IMG/VR virus record: IMGVR_UViG_3300045923_000041
Location: 62,001-126,000 of that record
Strand: one strand, 5' to 3'
DNA length: 64,000 nucleotides
Origin: an uncultured virus (IMG/VR IMGVR_UViG_3300045923_000041)
Taxonomy: Duplodnaviria > Heunggongvirae > Uroviricota > Caudoviricetes
A program made the translations under genes and the position numbers. The number at the start of each line of letters is the position of its first letter. Position 1 is the stretch's first letter. The notes under the pieces are model-generated. The model did not search any database and was not told the origin of the DNA. It saw only the letters and a list, made by a program, of their open reading frames with translations. Positions 49,768 through 58,900 of the stretch are shown one piece after another.

Positions 49768-50781
49768 TCAGGCGTGTTCCTCCATCGCCAGGACCAGGAG
49801 GCCCTCTGCGACAGCGGTCATGGGGTCCTTCGCCATCCGGATCTCGCTGATCTCGATGGGGAAGCCCTTCTTCTTGATCTCGGAGAACTCCGACTTGAAG
49901 ACCTCCTCGAAACCGATGGCCTTGCACGTGCCGCCGGAAACGACGAACGGGATCGGCCCTGGCAGCTCAATGCTCGACTGCGCCTTGCGGAACTGGATGG
50001 CGATGTTCTCCAGGCAATGGCGGATGAGCGCGCGGATGTAGAGAGAGATCGCTTCGGCGTCCCGATCATCATCCTTGTGGTTGATGAGGTCCACGCCCTT
50101 CTCCTTGATGGTGCACATGCGCGAGGCCGTAGACCCGGTCGCCTTGGCTGCGTGGGAGTCGATCCAGTCGCCGCCACGTGCAAGAGAAAACTCCAGACCC
50201 TTGATGGTCTGATAGGAGAGCGCCACGTTGCACATGCCCGAACCGAATGACACGGACAGGCCCGAGAATGTCTCGTCGGCGCACTGGCTGTAGATGATCG
50301 CCATCGCCTCGTTCATCGGGTGCGCCGTGAACCCGTGCTCGGTGATGATCTTGCGGAAGATCTCCGTGTGGTAGACGACGTCCTGGTCCGGCATGTCCAC
50401 GGGCGCCGCGGGGACGCTGTAGAAGCAGTGCTCGTCCTTGCAAGACGGCTCTTCGAGTACACTCTTGACGAGGAGACTCAGGATCTGCTGCGCCTTGAGT
50501 TCCCCGGCCGCGATGACGCCGTTGCTCAGGGGACGACGCACTTCCCTCTTGAAGAGGTTGGCCATCGTCAGAGCTGAATCGCCGATGACGACGAGCTGGC
50601 CGTCGCCCATCTCGATGTAATCGACCTTCGAGAGCCGGAGCTGCTTCTTGGCCTCCGATTCGAGGTCGATGAATGCGTCGCGGATGCGGTTGGTCGAGAC
50701 CTTGTCGCCGACCTGGCGTGCCGAGACGATGTTCATGGTCCCAATGTCGAGACCAATGCCCTTCCTCTTGTCCGTGCTCAT
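49768..50781 (-). CDS. Actin-like ATPase (volactin/MreB/MamK superfamily)
   Basis: Phosphate-1 GLDIGTMN, RRPLSNG, connect-1 NEAMAIIY, phosphate-2 SFGSGMCNV, RGGDWID, adenosine VVSGGT, connect-2 DPMTAVAEG; 337 aa. Confidence 0.92.
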   Translation of the reverse strand: MSTDKRKGIGLDIGTMNIVSARQVGDKVSTNRIRDAFIDLESEAKKQLRLSKVDYIEMGDGQLVVIGDSALTMANLFKREVRRPLSNGVIAAGELKAQQILSLLVKSVLEEPSCKDEHCFYSVPAAPVDMPDQDVVYHTEIFRKIITEHGFTAHPMNEAMAIIYSQCADETFSGLSVSFGSGMCNVALSYQTIKGLEFSLARGGDWIDSHAAKATGSTASRMCTIKEKGVDLINHKDDDRDAEAISLYIRALIRHCLENIAIQFRKAQSSIELPGPIPFVVSGGTCKAIGFEEVFKSEFSEIKKKGFPIEISEIRMAKDPMTAVAEGLLVLAMEEHA

Positions 50782-50800
50782 CTGGGTCCTCTTTCATCTG

Positions 50801-50819
50801 ACCGGGCAACGTGCCCGGT
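50801..50819. repeat. Perfect 8-bp inverted repeat upstream of the actin-gene SD
   Basis: ACCGGGCA-acg-TGCCCGGT; no U-tract follows. Confidence 0.7.
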
Positions 50820-50824
50820 GAACT

Positions 50825-51604
50825 TCATTTGATCTTCCAGTCGGAAGCAGTCTTCACGCTCTTCGAAGCAACCCGGCCGCCCGCACGCTGCTTGAGCAGG
50901 TACACGAACGACTCGTTCACGTCAGCGATGCCCTGGAGAAGGTTGTCAATGCCGTGCGAGAGCATCCCCTTCTTTTCCAACAGCTCGTAGCCGATACGCA
51001 GAAGCACGAGGAACCGGAGCACACCCTTGAGCGAGATGAGAACGCACTGCTCGGGCGCGGCCTGCATAGGGGCGGCGTTGTACAGATCCTTGACGATGAG
51101 GAGCTGGTGCGTGCTCTGGATGACCGGGTTCACGAGCACGGGAGTGCCGGCGCCCACTGCGCGCTCTCCAAGGCTGTCGATGAGCGGCTGCGTCTCGTTG
51201 TAGAGGCGTTCGAAGAGCAGGTGATCGGCGTAGAAGGCCGTGCCCTGCGTCTGCCAGTGATGCGTCTGGTGGATGAAGGAGAGCGCGCGAAGGTAGGTGA
51301 GCAGTGCCGCAAGCTCCGCCATCGACTGCTCGCCGTAGTCGAGCAAGAAGTGCGCGAGCACGTTGGCCACGTCCTCGTTCGCGGCTTCTTTGGCCACCAT
51401 CGCGCGGACCTCGGCCAGAGAGTCCTTGTCGGGAATCGACGAGGCACCCTTCGGACGACCCACTGCCTTCGAACACGAGGCATCCGGAAGATAGGGGGGA
51501 CCCATCTTCAGGTGGTCGTATGTCGTGGGGTCGTGCCAGACTGCGTAGATCGAGTCGGCGTGTTCCCCAGAGTACGGGTCGATGACGGCGCGTTTGCCGC
51601 TCAC
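50825..51604 (-). CDS. Dps/ferritin-like protein with N-terminal extension
   Basis: HWQTQGTAFYADHLLFERLYNETQPLIDSLGER gives H, H+12, D+27, E+31, the spacing of the Dps ferroxidase centre. Confidence 0.85.
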   Translation of the reverse strand: MSGKRAVIDPYSGEHADSIYAVWHDPTTYDHLKMGPPYLPDASCSKAVGRPKGASSIPDKDSLAEVRAMVAKEAANEDVANVLAHFLLDYGEQSMAELAALLTYLRALSFIHQTHHWQTQGTAFYADHLLFERLYNETQPLIDSLGERAVGAGTPVLVNPVIQSTHQLLIVKDLYNAAPMQAAPEQCVLISLKGVLRFLVLLRIGYELLEKKGMLSHGIDNLLQGIADVNESFVYLLKQRAGGRVASKSVKTASDWKIK

Positions 51605-51609
51605 AGCGC

Positions 51610-52125
51610 TCAGCCCTTCTTCTTGTGGATGCCGTGCGTGAATTCGAGGCTGCCCATACCGCCCGCCGAGGTGGACTTGATGCGGTGCTCCAGCTCATAG
51701 GGGCCCATGCCCTCCTCGTTGAGCTTCTTGGCGTCCTTGGGGTCGTAGCCGTGGGCTTCGAGGATGGCCTCAAGCTCCTTGAGTTCCCCAGGATGCGCTG
51801 CGCCTTCCGCCTGCCAGTCGGCCTTCTTGCGCTTGTTTTGTGTCTTGCCGCCAGGCCCAGCACCCCCGGGGAGCGCCGCCTTGGCCTCCTCACGCAGGTC
51901 TTGACCGACACCCGAGGGCGTCTCGCGCTCCGGCTTGGCGGTGAACGTCTTGCCCGTGTACGGAGAGCGGACGGTCAGCTTCTTCTCCTTGAGCCAGAAC
52001 TCGTTGCCCGTGGGATCCACGTACTTCCAAAGCATGCCGCCCTGGCCCTGCTTCTTGTCACCCTTGGCGAGCTTCTCGGTAAGCTCACTGGCCTGCTTCT
52101 TGAGCTGCTCTTGGATGGGGTGCAT
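51610..52125 (-). CDS. Hypothetical Lys-rich protein (171 aa)
   Basis: ORF with AAGGA SD and an upstream promoter motif. Confidence 0.7.
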   Translation of the reverse strand: MHPIQEQLKKQASELTEKLAKGDKKQGQGGMLWKYVDPTGNEFWLKEKKLTVRSPYTGKTFTAKPERETPSGVGQDLREEAKAALPGGAGPGGKTQNKRKKADWQAEGAAHPGELKELEAILEAHGYDPKDAKKLNEEGMGPYELEHRIKSTSAGGMGSLEFTHGIHKKKG

Positions 52126-52149
52126 GGTCTTCCTTCTGTAACGGCCGAG

Positions 52150-52162
52150 GGGATAAGAGGAA
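52150..52162 (-). promoter_or_regulatory. Putative late-promoter motif (TTCCTCTTATCCC)
   Basis: Recurring motif in an intergenic gap. Confidence 0.55.
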
Positions 52163-52164
52163 GT

Positions 52165-52770
52165 TCAGGGCTTGGCCTTGCGCCGAAGCTCCCGAAGCTT
52201 GTCCGAAGCGCCCGAAAGGGTGCTATCCGACTCGGTTTTCTTGGCCTCGATGCGACTCTCGGTGTTTTCGGGCCTGATCGTCGCTGGGATGAACGTCGGA
52301 GTGTTGTCCTCGGGCACCGCCGCACGCACCAGCGGGCCGCCGTTGCCCTGGACCTGGACGATGGTCGTCGTCGAGGGACCCTGCGTGCGAAGAAGCTCCA
52401 AGATCGTGTCCAGCTTGACCGTGGCCCGCTGTTCAGCCGCCAGAGCGTCCTGGCGTTGCTTCTCAAGAGCTTCCCGCAGACGCTTGTTCTCTTCTTCGAG
52501 GGCCTGCTGGCGAGCCGCAAGCGAAGGGTCCGGAGCCGCTGCAACGGGCTCGGTTGAGCCCGGGGGGATGATGACGTTTCGCTGGACGTAGGGACCCGAC
52601 TGGATGAGGCAGATGTACTTCTGCCCGATAGCCCGCCAGAGATCCTTGGACTTGTTCGCTTTGTCCGCCGGGATCGTGACCGTATGGCCGTGGGGAACAC
52701 CCACCCCCAAGTCCGTGATGAAGTGGATCCCGGCGACGAGGCCGAAGACGGTGACATCGCTCACGGCCAT
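52165..52770 (-). CDS. Coiled-coil protein with short basic amphipathic C-terminal helix
   Basis: LAARQQALEEENKRLREALEKQ; ends TLSGASDKLRELRRKAKP. Confidence 0.7.
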   Translation of the reverse strand: MAVSDVTVFGLVAGIHFITDLGVGVPHGHTVTIPADKANKSKDLWRAIGQKYICLIQSGPYVQRNVIIPPGSTEPVAAAPDPSLAARQQALEEENKRLREALEKQRQDALAAEQRATVKLDTILELLRTQGPSTTTIVQVQGNGGPLVRAAVPEDNTPTFIPATIRPENTESRIEAKKTESDSTLSGASDKLRELRRKAKP

Positions 52771-52771
52771 G

Positions 52772-53281
52772 TCAACGACCCTTCTTGTTGTGGAGGGTCT
52801 GTCGGAGCTGGAGCATCACCTCACGGGTCATGCGCTCCTTGATGAACTTCTTGGCCTCTTGCTTGGCCTTCGTGATGAAGTCCACACGACCGCGGCCGGG
52901 GTGCCACCAGCTCCCGTTCTCCATCGAACGAGGCGTCGCCCAGCGGAAGATCATCTCGCCCGAGTCGAGGACGATGGGGATCGGGACCTTCGCCTTCGTG
53001 AGCCACTTCATCTGCCTCTTCTCCTGTCCGAAGACGAGAGGCTTGAAACCGGGGTGACTGGTCGTGATGACGAGGCTGTTCGGGAAGATCTTGATCCGGA
53101 GCGACTTCGACAGCGACTTGCGGGCGCGGTCCGAAAAGGTGGGAATGTTCTGGAACTTGGCCTTGAGGCGCCGGTTCAGCTCGGCCTTGAGCTTGCGCAG
53201 CACCCCTTCTGGGTTGACGTTGAGGTTCTCGCCGATGAGGGGTTTGGCGTAGACACCGCTGACACGCGTGGGGGCGCCCAT
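52772..53281 (-). CDS. Neck/tail-completion protein (HK97 gp10-like position)
   Basis: Basic protein with SLSKSLRI and WWHPG..DFI; TGATG overlap supports a start at 53281. Confidence 0.55.
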   Translation of the reverse strand: MGAPTRVSGVYAKPLIGENLNVNPEGVLRKLKAELNRRLKAKFQNIPTFSDRARKSLSKSLRIKIFPNSLVITTSHPGFKPLVFGQEKRQMKWLTKAKVPIPIVLDSGEMIFRWATPRSMENGSWWHPGRGRVDFITKAKQEAKKFIKERMTREVMLQLRQTLHNKKGR

Positions 53282-54645
53282 CAGTATTCCGTGTTCTCCC
53301 AAGCGTCGGTCTCTCCACGGAGCTGGCGCTCTGCGGGGATGTTGGGCTTGTTCGTGATCTCCGAGCTGGCTTCCTGGTCAGGGCCCATCGGAGCGAACTC
53401 GACGGCCGGGAACCTGACAGGATTGTCCACGGGCACCTTGTTGCGGATGTCCTTCTCGTCGAAGTGACCCACCGTGAAGTGCTGTTGCAGGATCATGCCT
53501 CGGCTTGTAGGCATCCGAACGGCGCCGATCGAGTATCGTTCACCGTTGATCTTCACGAAGAAGTCACGGTGTGCAAGGAGCGGCGTCGGTCCCGTCCAGG
53601 ACTCGTACGTGTGCTCGACCGTGCGACCGCGATCCTTCTGTGTGATGCGCTTCTCAGAGTCATCCGGCGCGATGATGATGTCGTACGGTCCGTCGTAGCC
53701 GCCGATGATCCCCGTACCGAAGCAGAGGGGATCGTCATTGATTGGTTGCTTGTGGATGTCGTCCTGGAAACAAGGGCACGGCGTGCCCACCTGCTTGCGC
53801 AAGAAGACCTTCACGCGCTCGCCCGCCTGCTCAAGCAGCCAGCGGTTTCGGCGTGCGGCCTCCTTCCAGATGTAGTCGATCTTCTCCATCTCGTAGGAGT
53901 TCGTGGCCGTCGCGTACTCCAGCGGCGTCTCCATGACCTTCTGGGACTGGACAACGCTCGTGGCGTGGTTGACGGGGATGCCCACGGTCGTGACGAGATA
54001 GAAGACCCTCTGAACGAGGTCCGTGCGCACGAGCTGCTTCGTGTACCTGTACGAGCAGGTCACGACGCTCGTTGAAGAAGGGACCACCGTGGGCAAGTAG
54101 TTCTGCGTGCCCGTGTCGGGGTAGCGCCGGACGTCGATCTCGATCTCGCCCGTCTGACCATCGACACGCAGGACCGGAACGATCTGGCCATCGACGATGA
54201 CCTGCACGTCCTCGGCAGAGTTGGCGTAGACCTCCTGCGAGGCTTCCTTGACGATGGGCCGAAGCAGCGTGCGGAAGACGTAACGAGGACCATAGCCGGC
54301 CATGCCCGTGCTCTGCTCGCCGAAGATGACCCACTGTTGAGGGGTGATCTGCTCGTCGGTAACGAGGACGTTGTTGGTCTGATCGCGCCAGTAGCGAGAC
54401 CCGATGGGCAGGCTGTTCACGCGCTCGAACGGTCCGAACTCCGAGTCGAACGCACGGTAGATGTTGACCCCCAAGATGGAGAACCGACCGTTGAGGGTCA
54501 GGATCCCGGGGCTGTCCCACGTGAGGTCGAACACACCAGGCCGGTACCCACTCCTCACGAAGAAGTTGAGGGGTGAGACCGGCCACGGAGCCCGGACGTA
54601 CTCCAGCTCACTGGGGTTCCGGTCGCGATTACTTGCATAAGGCAT
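53281..54645 (-). CDS. Head-closure/neck protein with FN3-like N-terminus
   Basis: GERVKVFLRK..GTPCPC...LCFGTGIIGGY motif of large-myovirus neck proteins. Confidence 0.65.
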   Translation of the reverse strand: MPYASNRDRNPSELEYVRAPWPVSPLNFFVRSGYRPGVFDLTWDSPGILTLNGRFSILGVNIYRAFDSEFGPFERVNSLPIGSRYWRDQTNNVLVTDEQITPQQWVIFGEQSTGMAGYGPRYVFRTLLRPIVKEASQEVYANSAEDVQVIVDGQIVPVLRVDGQTGEIEIDVRRYPDTGTQNYLPTVVPSSTSVVTCSYRYTKQLVRTDLVQRVFYLVTTVGIPVNHATSVVQSQKVMETPLEYATATNSYEMEKIDYIWKEAARRNRWLLEQAGERVKVFLRKQVGTPCPCFQDDIHKQPINDDPLCFGTGIIGGYDGPYDIIIAPDDSEKRITQKDRGRTVEHTYESWTGPTPLLAHRDFFVKINGERYSIGAVRMPTSRGMILQQHFTVGHFDEKDIRNKVPVDNPVRFPAVEFAPMGPDQEASSEITNKPNIPAERQLRGETDAWENTEY

Positions 54646-54666
54646 GGAGGCTCCCCCAGATCAGCC

Positions 54667-54679
54667 CCCATAAAGGGAA
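54667..54679 (-). promoter_or_regulatory. Putative late-promoter motif (TTCCCTTTATGGG)
   Basis: Recurring motif in an intergenic gap. Confidence 0.55.
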
Positions 54680-54682
54680 GAA

Positions 54683-54979
54683 TCACTGCGGTGCTTGCGC
54701 ACCTTCACCCTGGGCGTTGACGAAGCTGATCTGCCCTGTCTTGGCGTCCACCTCGACAGGTGTACCCGGGTTGAGCCCACGGTCGGTCAACTCCTTGGCG
54801 AAGAGACGCTGCTTCTCCTCGTCGAGCTGCCTGGCCGAGACGAGGATCTTGATCTTCTCGTGCTCCAAGTCGAGGAGCTGGTCGCCAAGCTGAGACCTGG
54901 CAGCCGAGACCTGTGCCATTCTTTTCAGCACATCTGGCGAGATCGGGTCGTTCGGGGTCAGCTTCTTCTCGGTGCTCAT
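54683..54979 (-). CDS. Small coiled-coil protein (98 aa)
   Basis: GGAGG spacing favours the MSTEKK start at 54979. Confidence 0.7.
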   Translation of the reverse strand: MSTEKKLTPNDPISPDVLKRMAQVSAARSQLGDQLLDLEHEKIKILVSARQLDEEKQRLFAKELTDRGLNPGTPVEVDAKTGQISFVNAQGEGAQAPQ

Positions 54980-55029
54980 CTTCATCCTCCGGTGGCGCAC
55001 AAACGCGCGCCCGTCCTACAGGAGGGGAT

Positions 55030-55042
55030 GGCATAAGAGGAC
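55030..55042 (-). promoter_or_regulatory. Putative late-promoter motif (GTCCTCTTATGCC)
   Basis: Recurring motif in an intergenic gap. Confidence 0.55.
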
Positions 55043-55055
55043 TAGACAGCTTGGG

Positions 55056-55973
55056 TCAGAAGCCGACGAACTTGCGAGGAGAGAGCACACCTCGGCCGGC
55101 GTACGGACCGAATGCCGAACGGATGCCGGTACCAAACTTGGGCTGCTGGACGCCCTTGATGTAGTTGACGGTCGCCTTGCCCTTTTCGAGCTGCGTCTGG
55201 AAGTGCTCACTGGCGGCTTGCTGAGCGCCTTCGTACTTGGCGGCCTTCTCCAGGTTGAGCGAGACACCGCCGATGCTGTAGTCGAACTCGTCGGCGATCC
55301 AGTTGATGCGCATGGCCTGGAGCGCGTAGTACGTCGCGCCCGTCAAGAGCATCGTCCTCCACTCGGGATGGAGCTGCACCATCTGAGCGATGTTGGCGAA
55401 GGGAGTCTTGGGGGGCGCCGCGATGATGTCGTCGAGCGCGTTGTACATGTACTCGACCAGCTCGTGGTCCTCCCAGATGAAGCCGAAGACCTTGCTGAAC
55501 TGCGTAACCGTCTCTTCGTGGGCCGGCGGACGGAAGTGGTAGTTGCGGTCGGGGTTGTTGTCGCGGAGCAGGTTGCGCAAGCGGCGCATGAGTTCCCGCT
55601 CGTGGTGGTCCATCTCGCCACCCTCACCCCCACCGGGGCCGAACCCACCCGGTTGGACCCGGTCGATGACCGCGAAGTTCATGACGACCTGTTGCAGCGG
55701 CCCTCCGACGACCTCACGGAAGGTCCAGCGGATGCGGTAGGCACCGATGTTGGCGTCAAGCGGGATGAGCAGGCTCGCGTAGTATTCCCCGACAGACGGG
55801 TTCACGGGCACACGCATGCTCGGACCGACGAGGACTTCGCTGCCGGTCGTGAAGTCGTAGAGGGCGTAGCTGATCTCGGCGGCGTTGACGGGCGTGCCGT
55901 TGACGTTCGTCAGGTAGATGTTGAGGTCGTTCCTGCCGAGGAGCTGACCCTTGTAGAATGCGGTGGTTGCCAT
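55056..55973 (-). CDS. Head-tail adaptor with N-terminal Ig-like domain
   Basis: C-terminal LRNLLRD...WEDHELVEY..ALDDI...FDYSIGGVSLNLEKAAKY fits the adaptor pattern; precedes the closure gene. Confidence 0.6.
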   Translation of the reverse strand: MATTAFYKGQLLGRNDLNIYLTNVNGTPVNAAEISYALYDFTTGSEVLVGPSMRVPVNPSVGEYYASLLIPLDANIGAYRIRWTFREVVGGPLQQVVMNFAVIDRVQPGGFGPGGGEGGEMDHHERELMRRLRNLLRDNNPDRNYHFRPPAHEETVTQFSKVFGFIWEDHELVEYMYNALDDIIAAPPKTPFANIAQMVQLHPEWRTMLLTGATYYALQAMRINWIADEFDYSIGGVSLNLEKAAKYEGAQQAASEHFQTQLEKGKATVNYIKGVQQPKFGTGIRSAFGPYAGRGVLSPRKFVGF

Positions 55974-55976
55974 GCT

Positions 55977-58900
55977 TCAGTCCCATCCGCGCTTGCGGCC
56001 TCGTGGCGTCTTGTCGTCGGGGAAGTGCGCCGAGACGGCGTCGAGCACCTCGAAGTAGTAGTCCTTCGTGAAGGACTGGCTAAAGAAGGTTTCTTGAACG
56101 GTCCAGCGGACCATCCAGATGCCCGGCTGGCCACCTTCGCCAACGACACCCGTGACGTAGAAGTGTCCCACACCGGGGCCGTGCGCCGGCTCGCGAGCGT
56201 CGGGCCCGACCGGCATGAGGAACATGTCCTTCACCTGGTAGAGGGCGAACGTGACCTTGTAGGGTTCGACCGGGTGACGGCGCTTGTCGTCGTCCTTCTC
56301 GTAGACGTAGAGCGGCAGATGGTGCGGCTCGAAGAACGTGGCCCAGTACGGGAACGCGACGAGCCGCGAGGTCGTGCGAGTCCTGAGGATGGGCGGCAGA
56401 ACCGGGGCTTGGTAGTTGTAGCCCGCGATGATCGCGCTGATCGGCGGTAGCGAGACGTACTGCGCCGGCGGCTGGACGTAGATGAAGGCGTTCTGCGAGG
56501 GAACACCGTAGCCCGCGAAGATCGAATCTTGGGGCGGGAGGTCTGCAACCGGGGGGAGAGCCGCAGGAATGATCTGCGCGTTCTGTGGTGGGAACCCGAA
56601 GCCCGCGAAGAGGTACTGCGGGGGCGGGAGGTCCGGAACGAGCGGGGCCGGGATCGTCGGGATGATCTGCGGTGCTTGCGCCGCCTGGCCGTAGCCGACC
56701 ACCAGCTCCGGGATCACAGTGGGGTACGGAGCGCGAGCGTCGTACGCCTGGAAGAGCTGTGCGACCTGTGCAGGGAAGCCGAACCCAGGGATGACGTACT
56801 GAGGCGGCGGAAGATCCGGTACGAGCGGGGGCGGTACCGCAGGGATGATCTGAGCAACCTGTGCTGCCTGCCCGTAGCCTGCCAGCACGTAGTCCGTAGG
56901 CGGCAAGAGCGCAGCGGGGGCGGGCACGCCGATGTAGATGGCGGGGTTCTGCGCGGCCTGTCCGAAGCCTGCGAAGAGGCTGTCGAGCGGGGGCAGAGGG
57001 ACGTAGTCTGCGGGGGCTGCCTTCGAGATGAAGGGCGCCTGAGCGGCCTGCCCGTAGCCCGCGAACAGGTAGTCCGTGGGCGGGAGCTGCACGTAGGGGG
57101 ACGGCGGGGGCAGCGAGAAGACCACTGCGGACTGCGCGGCCGTTCCAGCACCACCCGTGAGAGCACCACCGGACGTCGCATAGAAGGCCGGCGGCGGATC
57201 ACCCGAGCTGAGGAGCAGCGGCGGCGGGATGAGGTAGTACGCGTGCGGGGCGACGGGCGGAGCGATGATGATCTGCGCGTTCTGCGCGGCCTGACCGTAG
57301 CCCTTGAGGACGTAGTCCTGAGGGGGGAGCTGAGCACTCGGCGGGAGAACGAAAGGTTGGAACAGCTCGGGGCTCTGCGCTGCCTGGCCGTGTCCTGCGA
57401 AGACTGCGTCCTCCGGAGGGAGCTGGGTGAACGGTGGCACGAGTGGCTGCGTGTAGACCACGGCCTTCTGAGGCGGGAACCCGAAGCCAGCGAAGATGGA
57501 GTCCAGCGGAGGCAGTGCAGCGCTCGGCGGGAGAACGAACGGCTGGTAGAGAGCGGCGTTCTGAGCCGGACGTCCAAAGCCCGCGTAGATGCTCTGTGGG
57601 GGCGGCAGCACCTCGGTTGGAGGCAGCACGAACGGCTGGACGAGGGTCGGTGCCTGCGCCGCCTGACCGAAGCCCTTGAGGATGTAGTCGGTCGGAGGCA
57701 GTGCAGCGAACGGCGGGACGAGCGGCTGCGTGTAGATTGCCGGGTTCTGTGGCGGGTAGCCGAAGCCCGCGAAGATCGAGTCCTCGGGCGGCAGGACAGC
57801 CGAGGGCGGCAGCAACGTGGGCTGCACGAAGAACGGCGCTTCGGCGGGCTTGCCGTACCCCGCATAGATGTAGTCCTGCGGCGGGAGTACCTCGGTCGGA
57901 GGCAGGATCGTCGCCTGAACATGGAAGGGTGCTTCCGCGGCCTGGCCGTACCCGGCGAACACGTAGTCCTGCGGAGGCAGATTGGCGCTTGGGGGAAGCA
58001 ACGTGGGCTGCACGAAAAAGGGCACTTCGGCGGCCTGCCCGTAGCCTGCAAAGATCGAATCCAGCGGGGGAAGAGCAGCCGAGGGCGGAAGAACGAACGG
58101 CTGGAACAGCGCTGCGACCTGTGCAGGCTTGCCGTAACCGGCGTAGATGCTCTGCGGCGGAGGCAGGGCAGCCGAGGGCGGTAGGACGAACGGCTGTACG
58201 AAGAACGGTGCCTGAGCAGCCTGACCATACCCAGCGTAGACGTAGTCTTGCGGAGGCAGGTTCGCAGCGGGCGGCGGAACCCCAATGATCTGGACCGCCA
58301 CTTGTGCAGGCTTGCCGAAGCCTGCGAAGATCGAATCCTCGGGCGGCAGGGCCACGTACGGGGGCTGCGGTTGCAAAGTGAAGGGGATGTTCGAGAGGCT
58401 GGGGGTTCCGTAGCCCGCGAAGATCGAGTCCTCCGGGGGCAAGATCGCGCTGGGGGCCGGGAAGAGCGAAGGGTAGAAGACCTCGGCGATCTGCGCAGCT
58501 TGACCGTAGCCGGTGACCACGTAGTCCTGCGGAGGCAGCGTCGCGCTCGGAGCAACGAGCGGTTGGGAGATGGTGAACGCGTTGAGCGAAGGCTTGCCGT
58601 ACCCTGCAACGAGGAAGGTGGGAGGGGGCAGGAGTGCAGACGGCGGCAGGACAAACGGCTGGAAGAGCGCTGCGTTCTGTGCCGGTTGACCGAACCCGGC
58701 GAAGATGCTTTGGGGTGGGGGCAGATCCGGAACCCTGGGCGGCGGGATCGCAGGGAGGATCTGTGCGACTTGAGCCGGCTGACCATACCCAATGAAGATC
58801 GAGTCCTCCGGGGGCAGAACCGCGAAGGGTGGGATCTGCGCCGGAACAACGGACGGGGCTTGTGTTGCCTGACCGAAGCCCTTGAGGATGTAGTCTTGCG

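Noticed and set aside
49768..50819. Actin as part of a ParMRC-type partition system
   Set aside because: No iterated centromere or obvious ribbon-helix-helix gene nearby; only a single 8-bp hairpin upstream.
6038..55973. Extracellular contractile injection system or tailocin rather than phage
   Set aside because: Head-tail adaptor, closure and neck-like genes, a helicase and a homing endonuclease are present, and no Afp15-type AAA+ ATPase is seen. The capsid is not in the window, so this is not fully excluded.
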